64,000 nt of DNA. Source: Stegostoma tigrinum. Its lineage: Eukaryota. Position numbers and translations under genes: made by a program. This document shows, piece after piece, positions 1 to 12,542 of this stretch (positions are counted from its first letter, which is position 1; each line of letters opens with the position of its first letter). The notes beneath the pieces are model-generated. The model was not told the origin of the DNA. It ran no database searches and was given only the letters and a program-made list of their open reading frames with translations. The DNA lies in the NCBI RefSeq assembly GCF_030684315.1, contig NC_081356.1, positions 28,545,197 to 28,609,196 of the forward strand, in the 5' to 3' direction.

Positions 1-90
1 TTTGTTTAATTGTTCACCACCATTCACAACTAGATGTGGCAGGACTACAGAGCTTAGATCTGCTTTGTTGCCTGTGGGATACTTAGCTCT

Positions 91-963
91 TGTATTGGAC
101 CAGACCAAACCCCCTTCAAATATATTAAAGCGATAGCCTAGACCCCAATTTTTATCTTATTAAAAGGTAAGTGTAAGGTGCTATGTTTCAGGTGTAATTC
201 GATTGGTTAAGAAAAATGTACTTTATTCTTAAACGAAAACAGAAATTGCTTGAAAATCTCAGCAGGTCCGGAAGCATCCAATAGAGATGAATTAGAGTTT
301 GTTTCAGATCCAGTGACCCTTCTTCAGAATGGAAGAACTGTTCAGAACTGTTCAGATGAAGGGTCACTGGACTTGAAACACTAGCTGATTCCTTCCCACA
401 GGTGCTGCCAGACCTATTGAGATTTTCCAGTTATTTTTGCTTTTGTTTCAGTTTTCCAGTTCTTTCAGTTCCCACTTTATTTTTACCCTACTGTTAAAAT
501 ACGAACAAAAGAAAGAAGAATTTGTACAACTCTAACTCCATTGAAAAAGTAACAGAATAATAGATTATTTAACTACTAACTGCACCGTTTTCCAAAATAG
601 TAACAAGCCATAAACACACCCTTTGCAATGGCAAATTCAGTAAATCAGATTGTTTCACATTCTCGTAACAGAAAGAACCCAAGCTTTTAGCTGTAGCAAA
701 GACAAAAAGAGAACGTAGCAGCTTCCACAATCAGCTTCAAAGCCCCAACAACTACTGAAAATTAAACTAAAACCCTTGTTCTGTGTGAGTCTGACTCCAC
801 CCATTCAGGCTGCTTCTATTGTTCCAACTTTAAAAAAAAACCTAAGGCCTCACAAGCTGTTTACTTCATTGGGTTCAAATAGACAGCTCAGTGCCTGCAT
901 TTTAAAACCTCTCTTCAGAAAAAAAAACAAAATTATGCCCCTTGAAGCCATAGCAGCATCACA
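91..963. mobile_element. Solo LTR with 4-bp TSD CTCT
   Basis: Begins TGT (91) and ends ACA (963). Flanked by CTCT at 87-90 and 964-967. Cleanly interrupts a LINE. Confidence 0.8.
233..460. mobile_element. Penelope-derived inverted-repeat element (family A) with two decayed hammerhead cores, nested in the LTR
   Basis: Arms 233-327 and 351-460 are reverse complements. Cores: CTGAAGA-A-GGGTC.ACTG.GATCT-GAAAC (minus, 301-327) and CAGATGA-A-GGGTC.ACTG.GACTT-GAAAC (plus, 353-379). Confidence 0.75.
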
Positions 964-2670
964 CTCTGTCAATCACTTGCTGCTTATGCTGTTTGTCATG
1001 CAAATAGTCCTGTTTGTTGGCTTCACCAGGTTGACACCTCATTTTCAGGTATGGCTGGTGCTGCTCCTGACATGCCCTTCTGCACTCTCCATTAAACTGG
1101 TAGTGGATGAGTGGTGGATATGCTGGGTCATGAGACTGCAGTTTGTGCTGGAGTACAATTCTGTTGCTGTTAATAGCCCACAGCGCCTCATAGATGCACA
1201 GACCGGTTGCTAGATCTGTACAAAGTCTGTCCCATTTAGCACGGTGATAATGCCACACAACATGATGAAAGTTATTCTCAATTGTGAAAGCAGGACTTTG
1301 TCTCCACAAGTACTGTGTGGTGGTCACTCTTATCAATACTGTCATGGACAGCTGAATCTTCAGTTGGAAGTTTAGTATAGATGAGGTCAAGTGTGTGTTT
1401 CCCTCTTGTTGGTTCCCTCATGACCTGCTGCAGACTTCGTATAATAGCTATGTCCTTTAGGACGTGACCAACTTGATCAATAGTGGTGCTGCCGAGTCGC
1501 TCCTGTTGGGATATATTGAAATCTCTTGCCACCCTTGTCACCTTCGGTGCTTCCTCCAACTGTTGTTCAACATGATGAGTACTGATTCATTAGCCAAGGG
1601 ATGTGGTAATCAGCAGGAGGTTTCCTTGTCCATGTTTAACATGAAGCCATGAGACTTCATATGGTCTGGAGTCGATTTTGAGGACTCCCAGGGCAATTCC
1701 CTTCCGACTGTACACCACTGTGTTGCCACCTCTGTTGGGTGCATCCTGTCAGTGTGACAGGACATGATGGTGTCTGGGATGTTGTCTCAAAGGTATGATT
1801 TCATGGTGGGATTTGAACTTGGGCCCCCAGAACTAGCTGAGTGTCTGGATTAACAGTCTAGTGATAATACCACTTGACTCACACTCTAGTAATCCAGATA
1901 GAGATATAGAATTAAAAAGGTGAAAATGATTCCAATCAGCACTTCATTAACTGTAACTGTGGACTTAATTTATCTGAAAGAGCATATTGTTTTAATTGTA
2001 AACTTAGAAATGCACTTGTTTCAGTTAACAACTAAATATGATTGGAATGGGAGGGAACTCTGAGCCAAGAGGGGAGCTATAGTAGGGTGGTAGTGACAGT
2101 TATTTATAGAGCAGCAGCTGCTCCATTATATTGGCAATGGTTGTTGTCTCGTTTAACATTGCCCAGGATCCGCAAGTGTTTTTCTTTCAGTCTCTCCTGA
2201 GCAGCAACAAGCCAAAGCTAAAACACTCTCACACAACTGATCTCGTTCCAAGAATGTAGGAGTAACAGAGTGACTGCAGTGAGAAAATACACAGCTAGGC
2301 AGGCAGACTGAGCTAGTGTGCTGGGCAGAAACATACTTTTAACTTGCTCTGATCCGCAGGAAGGGGGTCAGGCTTGGATCGGTCATTTGTTTCATCCCCT
2401 CAGCCTATTTGACTGCTCTGTGGATTTCAGAGCTGACAACACTCTACATTTGACATACATGTGAGAAGCTTGACACCATCGAGGACAATGCAGAATTATT
2501 GATCAGCACCTCATCCCTTACCTTAACCATGCACTTCCTTAAGCCCTGACTGAGTGGCAGCAGTATGTGCCATCCACAAGATATACTGCAACAGCTCACC
2601 ATTGTTCCTTTCACAGCACATTCCAAAGCCATGACTTCTACCATCTAGAAGGACAAGCATAGCAGATACA

Positions 2671-4350
2671 TGTTATACACTTGAAGATAAATGTCTTTGA
2701 ACGCAGTCTAGGCCCACGCTTTTAGTGAAAGCGTTCTTTCAGTTAAACATGCTCCTTAAAACTTAAACGCTGTTTAGCTGATTACCAGCTCCTAATATTC
2801 ATACAAACAATTCGCCCTCAATTAACCTTTAACTATATCCATCACCTGTTCCATCATTCTCAGGCATCCTTTCAGACCATGTTAGATAATAACATATTCT
2901 CTTTTATTATTTTTAAATAACCCAATAATAGTTTAGTTATAATGTTATAATACACAATCAAAGCAAAATATGCAAACTAGCAACATGTTGAATTCTTCTT
3001 TCCCCTTGCATGTTAAAGTTCCAATGATCCTTTTTCTACGATGTCCAACAATTTCTTTGAGCTTGCTCTTTTTCATGTTAAAGAACTAGATAACTGACAC
3101 CTATAGTTTATAGAATAGAAAATCCTTATAAGCAAACATACTCAAGTGCAGAAGAACGGGAAGACAGTGAGAGTTTACCATGTTGACCCACATGGTGCCA
3201 TCTTAGGTACCAGGTACCTAGGCATAGAGTGTAGATACAAAGCAGGGAAATAAAGGGAAAATGAAAAGACAAATGTTACATTACTGACAGTTATTTATAG
3301 TATATGTTAGAAAAAATGAGAAAGATAAACATCACAGTCTTTCTATTATGGGCCTGCACTAGATCAGCACATGAGGCTTCCACGTGGTCTAACTGGATTC
3401 GCAAGCCGCTGCCCACCTGCACCGGTCCTCAGTCCAACAACCATTCTGCTCTTCTCAGTCCTCCAGCCCACTGACCATCCCCACTCTGGCCTCCAGCCCA
3501 CTGACCGTCCCCGCTCTGCTCCGGCCTCCAGCCGACTGACCATCCCCACTCTGGCCTCCAGACCACTGACCGTCCCTGATCCGCTCAGGCCTCTAGTCCA
3601 CTGACCATCCCTGTTTCGCTTTGGCCTCCAGCCCACTGACTGCCCCCGCTCCACTCAGGCTTCCAGCTCACTGACTGTCTTTGCTCCGCTCTGGCCTCCA
3701 GCCCACTGACCATCCCTGCTCAGGCCTCCAGCCCACTGACTGTCACTGACTGCCCCCGCTCAGGCCTCCTGCCCACTGACTGTCCCCGCTCCACTTAGGG
3801 CTCCAGCCCACTGTCTCTGCTCCGCTCGGAATTTGAATTTGGAGATTTTTGCATGTCTTTCAATGTCTTTGTAAATGTCTTTGCCGTTAAAGTTCTTTTT
3901 AACATCCTTCTGATATTCTTAGCTTCCCAAGCTAAAGCGCAGCATCTAATTCCTTTTTCCACAAGAAAACCTATAAACTCTCTTGCAGTTGGAAACTTAT
4001 CACAGACATTTACATCTATTAACAACAAATTTCATTTCCTGGCATCTTCCAGTTATGGTCATTGCAGAAGACAGTGTTCTATTTTTAACCTTCTCATTGT
4101 TTTATTCACCTGAATAACATGTTCCATCTTTTTCATTGTTGTACTCAATTCTAATATTTCAGAACTGGGCGTCTGACGTTGTTAGGATGACCAGTCAATT
4201 CAACTGTCCAATTGGGCTTTGCAATTCTTCCACTTCTGTGATGAAAGGCTTTGCAACATTTTTTTGTGAGGCCCTACTTTAATTAATTACAATGGAACTA
4301 ACAGTTTCCGAATAAGATTATTGATGCGAGGTAACTCCTGATCCATTTTG
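2671..4350 (-). mobile_element. Ty1/Copia (GalEa-like) 3' fragment: end of RT, RNase H and 3' LTR (2671-2894)
   Basis: Minus-strand peptides ELQSPIGQLN, ILELSTTMK, FIGFLVEKGIRCCALAWEAKNIRRMLKRTLTAKT and KRASSKKLLDIVEKGSLEL*. The LTR is bounded by TGTTAT (2671) and ATAACA (2889-2894). Interrupted at about 3110-3850. Confidence 0.75.
3458..3830. repeat. GC-rich minisatellite, 30/35-bp units, about 11 copies
   Basis: Repeated GGCCTCCAGCCCACTGAC(C/T)(A/G)(T/C)CCCC(A/G)CT with an optional 5-bp CCGCT-type insert. Confidence 0.9.
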
Positions 4351-4369
4351 ATAAAATGAGACGCTGATG

Positions 4370-4630
4370 ATCTGAAGCAAAAACAAACAGCTGGAGAAAC
4401 TCAGTGGATCTGGCAGCATCTGTGGAGAGAAATGAGGTTAGTGAATGTTGTGGACACAATGGTGGGGTCATGTTCTGGGGGAGATAGGAGGAGGTATCTG
4501 AAAGCTGGCGCTCAGCCTCTGCAGTGTAGAGGTAAGTCCATCAGACAACAACAGCACAACCTTTGTTAGCAGGCTTAATTACAAAGTTGGGATTGGATCT
4601 GAGAGCACAAAGTGCTGTCTGTTCAAAGGA
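4370..4630 (-). mobile_element. Penelope-like fragment (family A terminus plus probable internal sequence)
   Basis: gctggagaaactcagtggatctggcagcatctgtggagaga matches the family A terminus at 42050-42095. Confidence 0.55.
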
Positions 4631-5779
4631 TGTCTCCCTGATTAAAACGTGCCTCCCTGGTCTTGACTGAGCACTTTGAGTTTGAGATGCGGCTATTTGA
4701 TCAAAACACATGCTGTATTTTTGCTACGTGTGAAGGTGTGATAAGGATGTAGTAAGGTGCCGTACAGCAACATGTCCAGCCTGTGATTGTGCCTACACTG
4801 AACAGTGACGCAAGGCAGAAATTTGTACTTCTGTTAGCTTCTGGCTGAGAGGACAAACTAAAAGGCAACACCTGGTAAAGCAAGGCAGGGATGCTGTGGT
4901 CTTCCAGGTAGTGGGGAGCAGCCCCAAGATGCAGCCTGGCTCAGTTAGTGAGCTGGGTACCTGTGTGCATAACATCCTCACAGCAGCATTGCAATGAAAG
5001 GTGCCAGTGTGCTTCAAAGTGCAGCTTTAAAGTGTAAGTGCTTTGGAAATGTGCCACGAGAGTGCGGTGAGGCTGGCACGTGCTACCCTGGACCACGCTC
5101 TGAGATGTTGGTGATGGGTGTTCGGGATTGTCCAGAGAAACAAGTGGTGATCTGAAGTCACTCTGACTTCCACGTTGGGAATTTCCAGTAACCCGTTTCT
5201 ACCCAATAAGTGATCAAATAGAAACCTGTAAATTAGTGGGATAACATTAAGTAGTAATGAGGGTGATATCGAATATAAATCCCTGTTAATGGGTCTCTCA
5301 CTGCTAACAGGCAAGAACTCACATCTTGAACTAAGGTGGAAAAAGCAGTTTGTAGTTCCCAGCATTGAGAAAGGCCTCGCTTGATTTGCTTGTGATTCTT
5401 CTATATTTCTTGCCACAGCCCATGTTGTTCAGGGTTTGGGAAGATTCCACCCAGATAGTTTTTGGGAAGAATTTCAGAGCTTGACGGACAGCTACCAAAA
5501 GTGAGGCAATAGCAGTCTACTCCAATGTGTTAATGAGATGACAATGCAACTTTGACACAATATCAAGACTCTGAGTGTAGGTGGAAGAACTATTCTGGAG
5601 AGTTGTAACATCACGATCAATATTCTATATAATAATACAAATTTATTGGCACACCACAGAGCTGGATAATAATAGATACAGCACATTCCAAGTTGGGACA
5701 GTATAGGCTGAGAGCAGCTTCTGTAGCGTAGCTCTGAGCCCTGACATCCAAACTTCATGGTAGGCAGAATCAATGAGGA

Positions 5780-6245
5780 CAGAGCAGTTTAGGGATGTAC
5801 ACATGGAGGCAGATCAATCCATAGTGTTAGCTCAAACTAGCAACAATCATTGGGAATGTGCAAGAGGCCAGAATTGGTGGACTGCAGAGATGTTGGTTTG
5901 GAGGGATGTTATGACACAGTTACAGAAAGATGACAGAGTTTGAGACTGGTGAGACCAAATTTGTAACAAAGCTGATAATTTTCCATTCAAAGCATTGCCA
6001 GACCAAATACTAGTTAAGTCCACCAAGGACAGAAGTGATACGTCAGTTGAATTTGTTGTGAGTTTGGGCACGGGCAGCTAAGTTTTAGGTGTGCAGTTTT
6101 ACAGAGGGTGGAATATAGAAGGCCAGCCCAGAGAGTGTTGGAATGGTCAGATCTAGAGGTGACAGAATGTGTAGGAAAGTGTTTCAGGAGCAGATGAGCT
6201 GAGGCAGGGATGGAGGTGAGCATTGTCATAGATGGTCATTAAGTG
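5780..6245 (-). mobile_element. Old L2-like LINE fragment
   Basis: Minus-strand peptide FPTHSVTSRSDHSNTLWAGL. A similar segment occurs at 45420-45790 (IETLIHDFANPRLDHSN). Confidence 0.5.
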
Positions 6246-6308
6246 GAAATACTAATTAAGTAATATGGAAGAGAAAGATATTACATATACATATTGCCTT
6301 AGATCAAT

Positions 6309-7557
6309 ATTTTAGCTAATTTGGTGGAATTCTTTGAGGACATTACTTGTATGGTGGACAATGGGGAACCTGTGGATGTGGTGTATCTGGATTTCCAGAA
6401 GGCATTTGACAAGGTGCCACACCAAAGGCTGCTACATAAGGTAAAGTTGCACTGTATTACAGGTAAGGTATTGGCATGGATAGAGGATTGGTTGACCAGT
6501 AGAAAGCAAAGGGTAGGGGTAAATGGGTGTTTTTCAGGTTGATGATCAGTGGCTTGTGATGTGCCTTAGGGATCAGTGTTGGGACTGCAATTATTTACAA
6601 TTTACATCAATGATTTGGTGTTGGGGACCAAGTGTGGTGTGTCAAAATTTGCAGTTGACACTAAGGTGAGTGGTAGAGCAAAGTGTGCAGAAGACAGTGA
6701 AAGTCTGCAGAGGGATATAGATGGTCTAAGTGAGTGGGCAAAGATCTGGCACTTGGAGCACAATGTTGATAAGTGTGAGGTCATCCATTTTGGTAGGATT
6801 AACAGCAAAATGGACTATGTTTTAAATGGTAAGAAATTGTAGCACGCTGCTGTGCAGAGGGACTTGGGTGTCCTTGAGCATGAATCGCTAGAAGTAGGAT
6901 TGCAGGTGCAACAGGTAATTAAAAAGGCAAATGGAATTTTGTCTGCCATTGCTCAAGGGATGGAGTTTAAAAACAGGGAGGCTATGCTGCAGCTGCATAG
7001 GGTCCTGGTGAGGCCGCACCTGGAGTACCCTGTGCAGTTTTGGTCTCCTTACTTGAGAAGAGATATACTGGAGGGAGTGCAGAGGACATTCACTCAGTTG
7101 ATTCCAGAGTTGAGAGGATTGGATTAGGAGGAGAGACAGAGTAGACTGGGATTACACTCATTGGAATTCAGAAAAATGAGGGGACATCTATAGAAACAGT
7201 TAAGATTACAAAAGGAATAGATTAAGTGGAGGCAGGGAGGTTGTTTCTGCTAGCAGGTGAAACTAGGACTAGAGGGCATCACCTCAAAATAAAGGGAAGC
7301 AGATGTAGGACTGAGGTCAGGAGGAACTTCTTCACCCAAAGTGTTGTGAATCAGCTGAATTCCCTGCTCAATGAAGCAGTTGAAGCTACCTTGCTGAATG
7401 TTTTTAAGGCAAGGCTAGATAAATTTTTGCACAATAAAGGAATTAAGGGTTATGGTGGAGTTGAGTCTCAAAAAGATCAGCCATGATCTTATTGAATGGC
7501 GGGCCAGGCTGGAGGGACCGGATGGCCTACTCCTGCTCCTAGTTCTTATGTTTTTAT
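6309..7557 (+). mobile_element. 5'-truncated CR1/HER1-type LINE (RT C-terminal half and 3' UTR)
   Basis: VDVVYLDFQKAFDKVPH, KFAVDTK, QRDLGV, LVRPHLEY..QFWSP, RTRGHHLK. 3' end cctactcctgctcctagttcttatg. Stops and frameshifts present. Confidence 0.95.
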
Positions 7558-8148
7558 GAATACATTAAAAACTGAGCTTTGTTGGTTACAATGCTGCGTT
7601 AATGTGAAGTGGTCCTCTTCTGGTGCCAGGAAAGGGATAAATTATTGGTTTTACTGTACTGTAGAAATTTGGCTTCCTAATGAAAAAAGCATCGAACGAA
7701 GAAGCAATGGGATGGTCAATGTTTGTCAGAAGGGAAGATCACATGTTATGATAATGCTAATTATTTCCTTTGGATTAGTGTAAAAGACACATCTGCAAAT
7801 TTAGAACTTACCCCTTCAGCTCTGCAACAGTTTGAGCTCTTGGTATTCTTTCAATTTGCTGCTTTCCATCGCTCCAGCTGCTCTCTAAAGCTCTTCACCT
7901 TTCTCACTCTTGAGAAACTTCTTAAAACCTACCTCTTTGACCAGCTTACCTGCTGTGCCTTCTTTAATGCCTGATAATGCTCCACCAAGGCACTTTTGGG
8001 ACATTTTACTACAGTCAGGATTATATCTTTATATCTTTATATAGACTATATCAAGTCTTTTTTGCATTTTCACTGAGTCTCTTTATTTAGTGCCGGTCTG
8101 TGAAAAATATTTGCATTGGCAAGACCTCTAATTTTGTAACTAAAACAT

Positions 8149-8154
<6 letters not shown>

Positions 8155-8185
<31 letters not shown>

Positions 8186-8370
8186 TTTCTGTCTCTCTGT
8201 CCACCCTGCTGCGTGCTCCTCACTCTCTTTCATCCTTCCTTTTCTCTCTGTAATCCTTTCCCACTTCCTCTATCTCTCTCTCTCTCTCTTTCTCTCCCCC
8301 CCACCCCCCACCCCGCGCTCTCTGTGATGTCCCCCCACAATCTCTCTGTCTCCGTCCCCCTGTCTCTTTC
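8155..8370. repeat. (GT)15 microsatellite followed by a long CT-rich pyrimidine tract
   Basis: GT x15 at 8155-8184, then a TC-rich low-complexity tract to 8370. Confidence 0.9.
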
Positions 8371-8844
8371 AGGCTTTCATGCCTTTGTGGCTTGATAAAA
8401 GAAACAGTAGGTGCGTCTAAACCAGAAACATCAGTTGTTCGACGCAGTTTACTCTTATTGCAGCTATTTAACCCCATCAGCTTTTATTGACAAAGGAAGC
8501 TGAAAGTTAATCTGCACATCACCGGTTTATGGACTGGCTGGCAATATTTATAAACTCCAGCCTTGATCCCACTCTAATAGTTTAGTGAAGGTTTAGTGGA
8601 TTGGCATTGCTTATTCTCACTATGCTAAATCACAGCCAAGCTGTCAACACTCCCTCTTGTGTTTATGGTTCTCTCAATGCTTTCAGCGGTTGAGTCAACC
8701 AGTATATTTTAAGCAACTTTTTTGCCGAGTCTTCTTGCAGATCTCAGAGATGGGCAGTTTGATGGATTGCAGAAACAATGAGCGTAGAGATATTGTCTGA
8801 CACACATTAATGGTCAGCTGAAATAAATTATCATGTTTGAAAAA

Positions 8845-10275
8845 ATTCATTCTTGGGTTAGGGGAATCCCTGGCAAGGCCAGCGTTTATTGCCCATCCCC
8901 GATTGGTGATGTTGAGCTGCCTTCTTGCATACAGCTGCTCTCCAGGTCAATGCTTTACTTTATTCACTCACGAGGTGGAGGCCTTGATGGCAAGGCCACT
9001 ATTTCTTGCCCGTCCCTAATTGCCCTTCGTGTGCAAGGCCGTTCAGAGGCCTGTTTGAAGTCAACCACATTGTCATGGCTCGGAGGTCACATGTAGGCCA
9101 GGCTGGGTAAAAACAACAGATTTCCATTCCTAAAGGACATTGGAGAAGCTGAGGAGGTTTTGTGTGAATCAGTATTCATTTGAGACTAACTTTGTATCCC
9201 AAATGTAGAGTGTGGTGTGATTTGAACCTACGTTCCCCAGCACATTAGCCAATGCCATTAGATTGCTAGTCATTGATACTACCACTTTCTATCTGAAGAA
9301 GGTAGTTAAAGAGTCAACCACATTCTTGGGGTCTGAAGTTACCTGTAGTCCAGACCAGGTACAAAGGACAGATTTCCGTCCATCGTGGCTATTACTGAAG
9401 CAAATGGGGTTCCCAGGTCACCATTAACTGAATTTTCAAAACCAGATTGATGCTTAATTTTATTTAACAGAATTTAAACTTTCTAGCTGCCACACTGGGA
9501 TTTGAACTTGTGATCCTAGATGGTTAGCCTATGCCTCTGGGTTGTCCACCCAATAACATGTCTGGGCTGTCATAGCTCACAGGAATTATCAGCAAGTGCA
9601 GACTATTTGGCCTCAAATCTGCTTCACCATTTCATAAAAGCACATTTGGTCTGATTGTGACCTGAACTCCACTTTCCAGTCTCCTTTCCCACAGTCCTTG
9701 AGTCATTCATTTATAAAAATCTATCCAACTCACCCCTAATCACCCAATCTCAACTACTATTCAGGGAAGTGAATTCCACAGACCCACAACCCTCTGAGTG
9801 AAAAATAATCTTCTAATCTCAATCCCAAATGGGAACCCTCTCATTTTTAAACCTCGTAAACAGTAAGGTGTTTGGCTGGACCTAGAAATTACAATTCCTG
9901 AGCTATTTGATGTTAGTAATTGGTTACTTCAAGCAGAAGCGAGTTACAAAATGAAACAGTCATTAATATCGAATTATATTGATAGTGGATCACTTTTTTT
10001 ATTGTTCATTGATGGAGTGTTGGCTTTTCCGACTAGGCCAGCATTTGTTGCCCATCCCTTACTGTCCAATGGGCAATTCAGAGTGAAAAAAAGATTACGG
10101 TGGATCTGGAGTCACGTGTAGGTCAGATCGGTAAGGTTGGCAAATTTAGTGAATGGATGAGTTTTTTTTAACAGCAATTGACAGTGGTAACACCATCAGC
10201 ATTTTACTTCTGTAAGTTTATTGAATTCAAATCTCATTGTTTGTCCTGGTGGGATTTGAACCCATGTTATCAGAA
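8845..10275 (-). mobile_element. Cluster of decayed tRNA-derived SINEs (about 8845-9290, 9300-9560, 10000-10275) sharing a 3' end with the LINE at 21774; a CR1 3' piece lies at 9580-9855
   Basis: Recurrent gccagcatttattgcccatcccta...agtcaaccacatt...ggagtcacatgtaggccag motif, ending in ggatttgaacc (reverse complement of a B box). Same family at about 17510-17770, 18940-19270 and 55840-55920. Confidence 0.65.
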
Positions 10276-10569
10276 CATTCTATGTTGCTGTTTCTATTAT
10301 TGGGTATTCAACTACTTCAAATCTCTCTCTCCCCCACTCTGGAGAGGGTGTTTGTGACCATTTCAAATGTCTAGGGTGACAAAGGTATCAAATGATTAAA
10401 AATATAAATCCTGGAATTTATTTTGTCTGATAACATTCCTCAGGCCATCTTACTACTGTACGTGAAACATGATAAGCTAACATAAACGTTGTAGCTATAA
10501 CGTCACAGTAGGAATTGTAGATTATGTGAGATTTGTTTTCATCACGGTGAGGGATGTGAGTTTTTGGAG

Positions 10570-11150
10570 CTTATAGAATGATACAGCACAGAATAAAGCC
10601 ATTCAGCCCATTGTATGTGTGCCACTTCTTTGAAAGTGCTATTCGAATAGTCACACTTGTCTGCTCTTTCCCTGTAGCCCTACTATTTTCATCCCTTTTA
10701 GTATTAATCTAATTCCCCCTTTGAAAGTTATTGCTAAAACTTCTTCTCCAAACATTTCAGGCAGTGTATTCCGGATCACAACATTTGCTTCATAAAAAAA
10801 TGGTTTCTTCAGCTCCTTTCTTGTGCCAGTCAATCTGCTTCCTGACCCTCCTGCCTTAGAACGAAGTCCTTTTTTTAACCCTAGCACAACTGCTTATGAT
10901 TGTGATCATAATAATAATAATAATGACTGTAATACTTTTCCACTGAATTTTCTCTGCTGTAAAGAGAAAATCTCAGCTTCTCTAATTTACTCTGCACAAC
11001 AACATTTCCTCGAACCTGACATCATTCCAATAAATTTCCTGTGCACATTCTCCAAGGGCCTGAAGTCGTCCCTAGCGTGTGGTGCCCACAACATTGCAGC
11101 TTAGGTCTGACTGGTGATTTCCAAAGGTTTAACATAACATTCTTGGCTTA
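10570..11150 (-). mobile_element. CR1 LINE 3' fragment
   Basis: Tail tagaatgatacagcacagaa...gccattcagccca, and gtggtgcccacaa (reverse complement of the QFWAPH region). Confidence 0.75.
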
Positions 11151-12542
11151 TGCATAGCTGCATGTCTCTGTTTTATATATGTATAGAAACAGTAAAAACT
11201 GAAAACCATTTAGATCAGTTGCCATTCACCCGTTGAGTCCTATGGGCACAGTTTTGAGCTGATTTAAAAATGGACTAGAACACGCTGGTGCTATATAATT
11301 TAAATCTTCACAGACTGTTCAGGTGGCAGAGGCAGTGTGACCAACTTCCTGACAGAAGATTCCTGGAACACTTTGGTGTGGGGGTGGAAAGATGCTGCTA
11401 AGGTTTAACAAGCTGGCTGCCAGGAGGCACATACTGTGCATTTGCAAAATTCGGAAGATAAAGTTACAGGAGTAGCCCAGCCTAAACCACCTAACATGAG
11501 ATAACTGTTGCAAACAGCATCAGTCCTGAAAGCGAGATGGTAAGATAAGAGTTTGAAAGGTGCCTTGGTGAGTAGCTGCAGTGCAACTTGTAGATGGTAC
11601 ACAGTGCTGCCATTGCTGAGAACTGGAGGATATAATGAGGATTTAAGGTAGCAAATGAGATGCTGAATAAGCAGGCTGCCATTAGCCAGAAGCACTTGGC
11701 ATACAGCAGTCAGCAAGTTGGGTATCTGCATTGAGCACCATCAGCACTCGGGATATGAATTGCATCCAGAATTGTATCTGTTCTGTGAAAGCATCATTTC
11801 TCAAGTTTCTGCTCCAATTTACTTGAGTTTTATCAAACCTGTCATGGACCAGCTTAATCAGGCAGTGCCTTATAATGTAATTTCTTTTAAACAAGGATTG
11901 CTTTGAAACATAATGCTTGCCATATCTAAAAGTGATAACTTGAGGCAGTTTAATTAAACAGTTGGAAATGGGTTTATTACAAAAAAAACTCAGCAATTTT
12001 AATTAATGTGCCTAGGCCACCACTCATAGATAACAGAATTTTAAACCCCTTAGAAAACTTTGAAAAACATAGAGAAACATTTATTGGGGATATTGAAGTG
12101 TAGTCAGTTTTCTTTAAATTAACAAACCTCAAAATATTTTAAAAGATGCGTATCTGTGGCATTACTCACAAAAAAAACACTTAATTTGAAGAGCCCCTTC
12201 AGACAGCCCCTTCAGTGCAGTTAATCTTGGTGATTCATTTATCAAAAATTAAATACCTTGCTCCTTCTTGCTGTGTTCTGCAGTTTTGGACAAAGTGTGT
12301 TGAAAATATCAGCACCACTGAGGAGCAACTCCACAGATTTTTATACATTTCCCTAGACTGCCATAATTTTGTCTGCTTTTTGTCATTTCAGTGTTGTATT
12401 GACGCCCTGGAGGGAGGTTTGTGTGGGTGGGGCAGGGAGACGTGTTTTTCTTGTGAAGGCTGAAGTTAACATTTTGATAAAATGTGTAAGTCTGTTGCTG
12501 CTTCGAAGTTCAGTAACTGCCAGTGTTCTCCTTGTTTTTCAG

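Larger units (their letters stand above)
1..1800 (-). mobile_element. CR1/L2-group LINE fragment (endonuclease/linker region of ORF2), split by a solo LTR at 91-963
   Basis: Minus-strand peptides QQVMREPTRGKHTLDLI, SDHHTVLV and WHYHRAKWDRL. Segments 1-90 and 964-1800 are collinear with the uninterrupted copy at 23380-24090. Confidence 0.85.

Noticed and set aside
3458-3830. 30-35 bp repeats that might look like a CRISPR array
   Set aside because: The units are head-to-tail with no unique spacers, there are no cas genes, and the context is vertebrate. The overlapping ORFs are repeat artefacts.
6321-7486. Reverse-transcriptase ORFs as functional genes or a retron/DGR-like system
   Set aside because: They are fragmented by stops and frameshifts and carry standard CR1 motifs and 3' UTR. 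The same applies to the other RT ORFs.
8100-8477. CVCVCV/LSLSL hydrophobic ORFs
   Set aside because: They are translations of the microsatellite and pyrimidine tract.
12392-12463. CCIDALEGGLCGWGRETCFSCEG after a good acceptor, reminiscent of a MAM N-terminal C..E..CGW motif (possible missing upstream exon)
   Set aside because: It ends in a stop, has no good in-phase GT donor, and its spacing does not match MAMDC2. The real exon is probably upstream of the window.
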